Below, in pieces: positions 14,927 to 21,340 of a stretch of DNA of 24,000 bases (positions within the stretch are counted from its first letter, which is position 1; each line of letters starts with the position of its first letter). This stretch comes from Rhodoplanes sp. (GTDB taxonomy: Bacteria > Pseudomonadota > Alphaproteobacteria > Rhizobiales > Xanthobacteraceae): positions 82,547 to 106,546 of the forward strand of contig NZ_JACAAX010000005.1 in assembly GCF_013377085.1 (NCBI RefSeq), in the 5' to 3' direction. The notes beneath the pieces are model-generated. The model saw nothing but the letters and a program-made list of their open reading frames with translations. It was not told where the DNA came from and did no database searches. Position numbers and translations under genes: made by a program.

Positions 14927-15943
14927 TCAGTCGATCTTGGTGGCGAAGGCCTCGACGGCGCGCGCCCAGCGCTCGCGGTCGGCCTTGACGATGGCGGCGA
15001 ACTCTTCGGGCGTGTTCGGCGGCGACGGGTCCATGCCGAACGTCACCAGCAGGGCGCGAAAATCCGAGCTCGCCTGGATGCGCTGCAGCTCGGTGGAGAG
15101 CAGCGTGACGATCGCGGGCGGCGTGCCGGCCGGGGCCACCACGCCCTGCCAGGCCTGCCAGTCGAAGCCCGGCACCGTCGCGGCGATCGGCGGCACGCCG
15201 GCGATCAGCGTGGTCGGCGTTGCGGCCGAGCTGCCGAGCCCGATCACCTTGCCGGCCTCGATGTTCGGGATCGCCGCGGTGGCGTCGGCGAAGGCCATGT
15301 CGATCTTGCCGGAGAGGAGGTCCGGCAGGGCGGCCACGATGCCCTTGTAGGGCACGTGCTGGATGTCGAGGCCGTACTCCTTTTTGAGCGCCTCCATGAA
15401 CAGGTGGTGCGGGCTGCCGTTGCCGACCGAGCCGTAGTTGAACTGTCCCGGCGTGGCCTGGATCGTCGCGATGGCCTCCTTCAGGGTGCGGGCCGGGAAG
15501 TCCGGCCGCGCGATCAGGAAGAAGTTGACGGCGCCGAGCTGGGCGATCGGTGCGAAGTCACGCTCCGGATCGATCGTCGACTTTTTGTACATGGCCGGAC
15601 TGATGCCGAGCGTCGTCGAGGTCGCCATCATCAGCGTGTAACCGTCCGGCACCGCCTTCGCGACCATCTCGGCGCCGATCAACGTGCCGGCGCCCGGCTT
15701 GTTCTCGATCACCACGGGCTGCTTGAGGGCGGCGGAGAGGCGCTCGCCGACGGCGCGACCCAAAAGGTCGGTCAGTGCGCCGGGCGGATAGGGCACGACC
15801 AGTCGGATCGGCTTGACGGGGTACTCTTGCGGTTGGGACGGAGGCTGGGCCTGGGCCGCGCCACTGCCGTGCAGCAGCGTGGCCGCGGCCCCGGCCAAGG
15901 CGCCGAGAATTGCGGCCCGACATGAGAAAGAACTCCACGGCAT
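14927..15943 (-). CDS. TctC/Bug-family periplasmic solute-binding protein
   Basis: ATG at 15943..15941 inside track ORF 14927..16024 (-). Sec-type signal MPWSSFSCRAAILGALAGAAATLLHGSGAAQA|Q, then KPIRLVVPYPPGALTDLLGRAV...IENKPGAGTLIG. It lies 51 bp upstream of, and co-oriented with, the amidohydrolase gene. Confidence 0.85.
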   Translation of the reverse strand: MPWSSFSCRAAILGALAGAAATLLHGSGAAQAQPPSQPQEYPVKPIRLVVPYPPGALTDLLGRAVGERLSAALKQPVVIENKPGAGTLIGAEMVAKAVPDGYTLMMATSTTLGISPAMYKKSTIDPERDFAPIAQLGAVNFFLIARPDFPARTLKEAIATIQATPGQFNYGSVGNGSPHHLFMEALKKEYGLDIQHVPYKGIVAALPDLLSGKIDMAFADATAAIPNIEAGKVIGLGSSAATPTTLIAGVPPIAATVPGFDWQAWQGVVAPAGTPPAIVTLLSTELQRIQASSDFRALLVTFGMDPSPPNTPEEFAAIVKADRERWARAVEAFATKID

Positions 15944-16218
15944 GGTCGTCTCCGGTGTCGAACGATATGGATTGGCGACGGGACGCGGGTCCGGCCGGAT
16001 GTCGGGGCCGACTGCGCCGGTCACTGAAATTCCAGGTCCGATACCGCGGACCGGCCGGCCGTATCGTCACATCTCGCGCCGGTTGCCGGCGGCCTCTTGG
16101 GCGCGGCATCGTCGCGGCGGTGGCATGCGGCTGTGCTGGTGGGTCGTCGTCTCGCGGGTCGTCCAGCGTCGGACGTGGGCATCGTTTCCGCACTCATGGC
16201 ACGGCGGCGCCCGGTCCA

Positions 16219-17397
16219 TCAAGACGCGCGTCGGTGGAACAGCCACCAGGTTCCGGCCGTACAGGCGAGCACCAGGGCGCCGATGGCGGCCGAACCGATC
16301 AGTGCGACGGCGGGACCCGGCCCGTCGATGACGGCGGCATAAGCGACCGGCGCGAGCGCCGAGACGAAGAAGCTCGCGGCGGTGAGCCGGCCGACCAGCC
16401 CGCCATAGGTGCGGTGGTCGAACAGCACCAGCGGCTGGGTGCCGCGCACGATGGTGAGGAGGCCGTTGCCGGCCCCGTAGGCGAGGGCAAAGCCGGCGCC
16501 GGCCATTGCCGAGACGCCGCCGAACAGGCCGACGACGAAGCAGGCCGGCAGAAGCGCCGTGGCGATCACGCCGAGCACCAGCGGGCTGAGCGTGCGGCCG
16601 AACATCACCTCGCACAGTCGCGCGCCCGACTGGCCGATGCCGCGCAGGGTCGACAGCCATACGGCGAGCCCGGCGCCGGTGCCGAGCCCGGCCATGATGC
16701 CGATCATGTGCGACGACATGCCGGCGGCCAGGAACGCCGTCAGGGTCACGGCGGTCGCATAGAGGGAGGCGGCGACGACGCGGTCGCGGCGGCTCGCCGC
16801 AAGCGGCGGCGGCACCGGCGGCCCGTCGGGCGGCGGGCCGCCGTAGCGCGCGTCGGGGATCGACCTGTGGATCGGCACGGTGGCCAGCGCGAACAGCCCG
16901 TAACACACGACGGCCCCGCGCCAGCCGAGCGCGCCCGCGAGCGCGTGGCCGATCGGCCAGAACACCGAGGAGGCGAGGCCGCCCAACAGCGTGATCTGCG
17001 AAATCGCCGGACGCGCCCCGGCGCCGCCGATCCGCACCAGCGCCGCGAAGGCCGCCTCGTAGAGGGTCGCCCGCATGGCGGCGCCGAGGCAGGCCCAGGC
17101 GGTGAGATACGTGGCCGTGTCATGGGCCAGCGCGAGACCGATGCAGCCGACGACGGTGAGCAGCGATCCGGCCGTCATCACGCGGCGTCCGCCGAACCGG
17201 TCGATCGCCCGGCCGATCGCTCCCGACAGGAGGCCCATCACGACGAGGGCGACGGCGAAGCCGCCATAGACGGCGGTGCGCGACCAGCCGAGCTCCTGCG
17301 CCATCTCGTCGCCGAGCACGCCGATCAGATAATAGGACACGCCCCACAGCACGAGCTGCGCCAGCCCCAGGCTCGCCACCAGACGTGGAGTGATCAT
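16219..17397 (-). CDS. MFS-family transporter
   Basis: ATG 17397..17395 in frame in track ORF 16219..18006 (-). 392 aa of repeated hydrophobic spans: MITPRLVASLGLAQLVLWGVSYYLIGVL..., an MFS loop-like GRAIDRFGGRRVM, and a central proline-rich loop. The start overlaps the GNAT stop (ATGA on the minus strand). Confidence 0.8.
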   Translation of the reverse strand: MITPRLVASLGLAQLVLWGVSYYLIGVLGDEMAQELGWSRTAVYGGFAVALVVMGLLSGAIGRAIDRFGGRRVMTAGSLLTVVGCIGLALAHDTATYLTAWACLGAAMRATLYEAAFAALVRIGGAGARPAISQITLLGGLASSVFWPIGHALAGALGWRGAVVCYGLFALATVPIHRSIPDARYGGPPPDGPPVPPPLAASRRDRVVAASLYATAVTLTAFLAAGMSSHMIGIMAGLGTGAGLAVWLSTLRGIGQSGARLCEVMFGRTLSPLVLGVIATALLPACFVVGLFGGVSAMAGAGFALAYGAGNGLLTIVRGTQPLVLFDHRTYGGLVGRLTAASFFVSALAPVAYAAVIDGPGPAVALIGSAAIGALVLACTAGTWWLFHRRAS

Positions 17398-17963
17398 GCC
17401 GGCTTCTGCAATGGCGGCCTCGCCGGCGGACTGCGGTCGCCATCGCCGAGCGGGCGCTGCATCAGCACGGTATCGAGCCAGACCCCGTGCTTCCAGCCGA
17501 CCGAGGCGAGCGTGCCGACGAGGCGGAAGCCGGCGCGCGCGTGCAGGCGGACCGACGCCGCGTTGGCGGAGTCGCCGATCACCGCGACCATCTGGCGAAA
17601 GCCGCGCGCGGCAGCCTCGTCGACGAGCTCCGCCAGCAGGGCGCCGCCGATGCCCCGCGCCTGCAAGCGTGGCGTCACATAGACCGAGCTCTCGACCGTG
17701 CCGGCATAGGCCGGCCGCGAGCGATAGGCCCCCGCATAGGCATAGCCGACGACCGCGCCGCCGATCTCGGCCACTAGATACGGGAAGCCGCCGGTAAGCA
17801 CTGCGTCGCGGCGGCGCGCCATCTCGGTCGCGTCGGGTGGATCGACCTCGAAGCTGGCGCGGCCGTGCCGCACCGCATGCGCGTAGATGGCCGTGACGGC
17901 GGCGATGTCGGACGGCGTGCAGTCGCGCAGCACGGGACGGATAAGATCGGAACGGCAGGACAC
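17394..17963 (-). CDS. GNAT N-acetyltransferase of the phosphinothricin / methionine-sulfoximine acetyltransferase type
   Basis: Track ORF 17394..17963 (-), GTG start preceded by gagg. IRPVLRDCTPSDIAAVTAIYAHAV...FPYLVAE..GAVVGYAYAGAYRSRPAYAGTVESSVYV...RGIGGALLAELVDEAAARGFRQMVAVIGDSANAASVRLHARAGFRLVGTL...GWKHGVWLDTVLMQRPL matches the PAT/Bar-like pattern. Confidence 0.8.
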   Translation of the reverse strand: MSCRSDLIRPVLRDCTPSDIAAVTAIYAHAVRHGRASFEVDPPDATEMARRRDAVLTGGFPYLVAEIGGAVVGYAYAGAYRSRPAYAGTVESSVYVTPRLQARGIGGALLAELVDEAAARGFRQMVAVIGDSANAASVRLHARAGFRLVGTLASVGWKHGVWLDTVLMQRPLGDGDRSPPARPPLQKPA

Positions 17964-18043
17964 GGAAACCTCGCAGCAGCGTCGACGAGACGGTCGTCGT
18001 CCGCACCTTGCGCTGCGCGCCTCGAAGACTGAAGCTTATAGGA

Positions 18044-18060
18044 CTTATGCATCGGATAAG
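18044..18060. promoter_or_regulatory. LysR-type T-N11-A dyad in the divergent GNAT/LysR intergenic region
   Basis: CTTAT (18044-18048) - N7 - ATAAG (18056-18060), with a further direct CTTAT at 18035-18039. This is the only AT-rich patch between GTG 17963 (-) and ATG 18071 (+). Confidence 0.45.
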
Positions 18061-18070
18061 GATTCGTTTG

Positions 18071-19006
18071 ATGAAGGGCCTCTCCCTCGATCAGCTCCGC
18101 ACCTTCTGCGACGTCGCGGCGCTCGGCAGCTTCTCGGCCGCCGCCGAGCGGGCAGGTCTCACCCAGCCGGCCGTCAGCCTGCAGATCCGCAGCCTCGAGC
18201 GGCGGCTCGGCGTGCGGCTGATCGAGCGGGTCGGGCGGCACGCGCAGCCGACGCCGGCGGGTCGTGATCTGCTCGTCCACGCCAACCGCATCGGCGAGGA
18301 GATGGCGAGTGCGCTCGCAGCGGTCGCCCCGCATCGCGCCGGTACGGTCGGCCGGGTGCGGATCGGCACCGGCGCGACCGCGTGCATCTATCTGCTGCCG
18401 CCGGTCCTGCGGGCGCTGCGCCGGCGGATGCCGGGGCTGGAGATCATCGTGCAGACCGGCAACACCACCGATATCCTCGACCGCCTCGAGGCGAATGTGC
18501 TCGACGTCGCGCTGGCGACCCTGCCGGTGGCGGGTCGCAGCGTCCAGGTCACGCCGGTCTACGAGGACGAGCTGGTCGCCGTCTTCCCGGCGGCGGAGGC
18601 CGCGCCGGCGCGGCTCACGCCGGCCGTGCTGGCCGAGCGACCGCTGCTGCTCTACGAGGCCGGCGGAAACACGCGCCGGGTGATCGACCGCTGGTTCGCC
18701 CGCGCCGGCCGCACGCCCAAGCCCGTGATGGAGCTCGGCAGCGTCGAGGCCATCAAGGAGCTGATCGGCGCCGGGCTCGGCTGGGCCGTGCTGCCGCGGC
18801 TGGCCGTCGACAATGCCGAGGCGCGTCGGCGCATCGCAATCCGTCCGCTGGCACCGCGGCTCGTCCGGTCGCTCGCCGTGGTGCTGCGGCGAGACAAGCG
18901 GCTCGAGCGTGGCTTGCGCGCCGTCGTCGATGCGCTGTCGGCACTGCCGGAGAGCCGCGGCCGCGATGTCGCCCAGGGCCGGCCGGCGGCGCCGCGCGGG
19001 CGGTGA
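18071..19006 (+). CDS. LysR-family transcriptional regulator
   Basis: ATG 18071 in frame in track ORF 18008..19006. MKGLSLDQLRTFCDVAALGSFSAAAERAGLTQPAVSLQIRSLERRLGVRLIERVGR... is a canonical LysR HTH. An alternative ATG at 18047 would add 8 aa. Confidence 0.9.
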   Translation: MKGLSLDQLRTFCDVAALGSFSAAAERAGLTQPAVSLQIRSLERRLGVRLIERVGRHAQPTPAGRDLLVHANRIGEEMASALAAVAPHRAGTVGRVRIGTGATACIYLLPPVLRALRRRMPGLEIIVQTGNTTDILDRLEANVLDVALATLPVAGRSVQVTPVYEDELVAVFPAAEAAPARLTPAVLAERPLLLYEAGGNTRRVIDRWFARAGRTPKPVMELGSVEAIKELIGAGLGWAVLPRLAVDNAEARRRIAIRPLAPRLVRSLAVVLRRDKRLERGLRAVVDALSALPESRGRDVAQGRPAAPRGR

Positions 19007-19010
19007 GGTC

Positions 19011-19038
19011 CGGCGCGGCACGATCAAGAGCCGCGCCG
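19011..19038 (+). other. GC hairpin just after the LysR stop
   Basis: cggcgcggc (19011-19019), 10-nt loop, gccgcgccg (19030-19038): a 9-bp perfect stem with no T-run. It is followed by the 10-bp palindrome TTGCTAGCAA (19044-19053). Confidence 0.4.
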
Positions 19039-19161
19039 CAATGTTGCTAGCAATCGGTTTCTGTGGATCGACAAATGCAGTCGAGTTTACGCAATCGAAT
19101 TAATCGAATGTTTGCGCGCGCGGTCTACATGTGATTGTCGACCAAGAACTGGGAGTCGGAC

Positions 19162-19632
19162 ATGCTCGATCTGGCCCGCGACACGACGCCCCGCACCATT
19201 GCCGATCCGCTTCCCGACGCGTCCGGCGCGCCGGCCGTGCTGGTGATCGACGACGATCCGGTGCACCGGATGGTGCTGTGCAAGACCTCGGAACGCGCCG
19301 GCCTCGTACCCACCGCCGCCGGGTCGTTTGGAGCTGCGATATCGCTGCTGCGGCGGAACGCCTATGCGGCCATCACGCTCGATCTGTCGCTCGGGACACG
19401 CAACGGCCTCGATGTTCTGCATGCGCTCGCCGGGATGCGCTGCCGCACGCCGATCGTCATCGTCAGCGGAACCAGCGCCGGCATGCGCACCGAGATGGCC
19501 TCGCTCGCCGGGCTGATGCAACTCGACGTGCGCCGCACCATGGCGAAGCCGGTCGACCTGGCGCTGCTGCGCCACGAACTGACTGCCATTCGCCACGAGA
19601 GCGAACCGACGGCGCAGCGCCTGACGGCGTGA
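19162..19632 (+). CDS. Single-domain response regulator (CheY-like receiver only)
   Basis: ATG 19162 preceded by gggag; the track ORF begins at TTG 19135. Receiver hallmarks: VLVIDDDPVHR (acidic pocket), AITLDLSLG (phospho-acceptor Asp), PIVIVSG, MAKPVD (conserved Lys). There is no output domain. Confidence 0.8.
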   Translation: MLDLARDTTPRTIADPLPDASGAPAVLVIDDDPVHRMVLCKTSERAGLVPTAAGSFGAAISLLRRNAYAAITLDLSLGTRNGLDVLHALAGMRCRTPIVIVSGTSAGMRTEMASLAGLMQLDVRRTMAKPVDLALLRHELTAIRHESEPTAQRLTA

Positions 19633-19687
19633 GCGGACCGGGTATCACGCCTGCAGGGGCGGCTAGGTGTCGACATGGCAAAGGTGA

Positions 19688-19719
19688 GGTGGGGTGCCGC
19701 GAAAGAAGAAGCGGCCCCA
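19688..19719 (+). terminator. Candidate terminator hairpin downstream of the response regulator
   Basis: gtgggg(tg)ccgc (19688-19699), loop gaaagaagaa, gcggccccac (19710-19719). This is a 10-bp stem with a 2-nt bulge, followed by atagttgtt. Confidence 0.35.
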
Positions 19720-19946
19720 CATAGTTGTTCGCGACGGCGACAGGCCGCCGGCCGCAACAGCGTGGAGCCGCTCCTGATGTCGACGCGTCGCCCTGGCGCC
19801 GAGCCGTTACCGATCCGTTGTCGAGCCGGCCGCCGGCGGCATGGCGGCATGGCTAATCCTCGACCGGCGCCGGGCTCCGTCAGGTCGGCTCACAATGCCT
19901 GAAGCGATCATCGCTTGCCGACCGTCCGACCCGGCAATCTGATCAT

Positions 19947-19964
19947 GTCACGTCACGTCACGTC
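19947..19964. repeat. Short pentanucleotide tandem repeat (GTCAC x 3.6)
   Basis: gtcac gtcac gtcac gtc, read directly at 19947-19964. Confidence 0.9.
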
Positions 19965-19988
19965 GCGCCGCACGGCGCCGGCGACGCC

Positions 19989-20260
19989 GTGGCGCTCGAC
20001 AATGCCCTCGGATATGTCGACGATGCGCGCGATCCGCTCCGGACCCTGGCCGCGCGCGAGGAATTCGAGGTGCTCCGGCCCGCATTCGATGAATTGACGC
20101 CGCGGCGCCGCTGCATCCTGGTCGCGTCGCGGGTCGCCTCGGCACCAGATGCGATGGCTTCCACGCAGACCGAATCGATCGACCGATGAAAGCCTGCCCG
20201 ATTCGGAACTGGCCGCGTTCCAACCGTGCCATTTGAGAGCCGATTGTCGCGGTACCGTCC
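19989..20260 (+). pseudogene. Possible remnant of an ECF (FecI-like) sigma-factor 3' half, frame-disrupted
   Basis: Track ORF 19989..20189 reads ...DPLRTLAAREEFEVLRPAFDELTPRRRCILVASRV..., resembling the region 3/4 linker and region 4.1 (ELxPxxRxxxxLSRxEG) of ECF sigmas. An HTH-like continuation (GRLGTRCDGFHADRIDRPMKAC) appears only in another frame. No region-2 sequence is recognisable upstream. Confidence 0.25.
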
Positions 20261-20700
20261 GCAAGGAACGCGCGCTTGCCGAGGCGCGGCGGTGTCCCGA
20301 TTGCGATGCGGGCGTGTCATGCTTGAAGGGAAAGGAAAAAACCAGGGAGTGTGAAGGCTCTGGCGCGCCAGCCCGAACAAAACTGCGAACACCTATGTGA
20401 TTGAAATCCAGTTGTGAATTCGCTTTATCTGGCGCGACTCGGTTTGACCCGCAGGCATCTCGACCAGATGACCAGTCTGTCGGCTCACCTGATATGGGAC
20501 CGGGCGCGAGCATCACGGTGGCAGTGAATCCGATCCGTGTCGGTTTTCAGGGCTCAGTGTCGGTGCTCAGCCAGCCGGGATTCTCCGGGATCTGTCGAAA
20601 TCAGCTGGGATGGCGAGTGCTCCGGCGGATGGCCTCTCGGCGGCGGCGCCAGACACCTGTAAATCAATTTCGGGTCGGGGGGCGTGTCTGCCGAAGCGGC

Positions 20701-21165
20701 TCAGACATACTCATGCGGGAGGGCGGGGGAACGAGATCTTGCCGAGCGGTTCGACGGCGAACGCGGCGACCACCGGGGCACAGCCGTTTCGGGACCTGGG
20801 GGCCTCGAAGGCACTTGGAAGGCCTTCAACTCGGCGAGCAGCCGCCGACAGTCGAGTAGACCGGCGCACCCATACTGGGGAACGGTCCGGATCTGTATTG
20901 CGTCATGGTGCCTTACCTTCGGGCCAGCAACGGCTACAATGTCGCTGCGGGGATATTCCGGCGTGTTCGGCCAATCCTGGCAAACGAACGCGATACTTTG
21001 TCCTACGTTGCTCCCGATCTGCTCGAGCAATGTGCAAAATCGCTTGCCAAGCCGCGCATCCCTAAATTCGCATCCGGCGACTTCCCGATCAACCGACGTC
21101 GTTGAAACGTCTCGGGCGGGATTTTCGCGCACAGTTGCGCGCGCACAGCGGCCCCCATGGAGCAC
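20701..21165 (-). pseudogene. Truncated IS4-family (Tn5/IS50-like) transposase, N-terminal DNA-binding part only
   Basis: Track ORF 20701..21165 (-): ...VDREVAGCEFRDARLGKRFCTLLEQIGSNVGQSIAFVCQDWPNTPEYPR... fits the N-terminal pattern of Tn5-like transposases (E-x-x-x-x-x-LGD-x-RL-x-x-R...L...S-I......W-x-x-T-x-x-x-YRF). I recognise no DDE catalytic region downstream, and the local GC is lower. Confidence 0.45.
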
Positions 21166-21340
21166 CTCCCGAAGCAGGTGCTCACCAACGAATCACAACA
21201 GATTCTTTCGATTTGAGGAGTTGTCCCTGCGGAACCGTTCAAGAGCACCGGAAATGTGGGTAATCGAAAGATGCGATCGCCCGTGCGGGACATGAACGTC
21301 CTGCCGATGACCGATTAAACGCTTGTGTGTGAAGCGCTTT

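Noticed and set aside
16219-18006. Single 595-aa minus-strand ORF
   Set aside because: Only the part from ATG 17397 downward is hydrophobic and MFS-like. The upstream 203 codons are an Arg-rich alternative frame of the GNAT gene (17394..17963), which has its own clear motifs.
19135-19161. TTG start at 19135 for the response regulator
   Set aside because: ATG 19162 has a gggag SD at appropriate spacing. The nine extra codons add nothing conserved, so the shorter model is preferred and the longer one is not excluded.
21003-21293. 96-aa minus-strand ORF directly downstream of the TpsA stop, as a candidate CDI immunity protein
   Set aside because: It overlaps the transposase remnant in another frame, has a Cys/Arg-rich irregular composition and no SD-like sequence, and the TpsA C-terminus shows no toxin-domain demarcation.
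20401-21295. Plus-strand ORFs 20401..20859, 20610..21065 and 20684..21295 in the decayed region
   Set aside because: They mutually overlap, are Arg/Ser/Gly-rich with no motifs, and lie opposite the only recognisable (transposase-like) reading frame.
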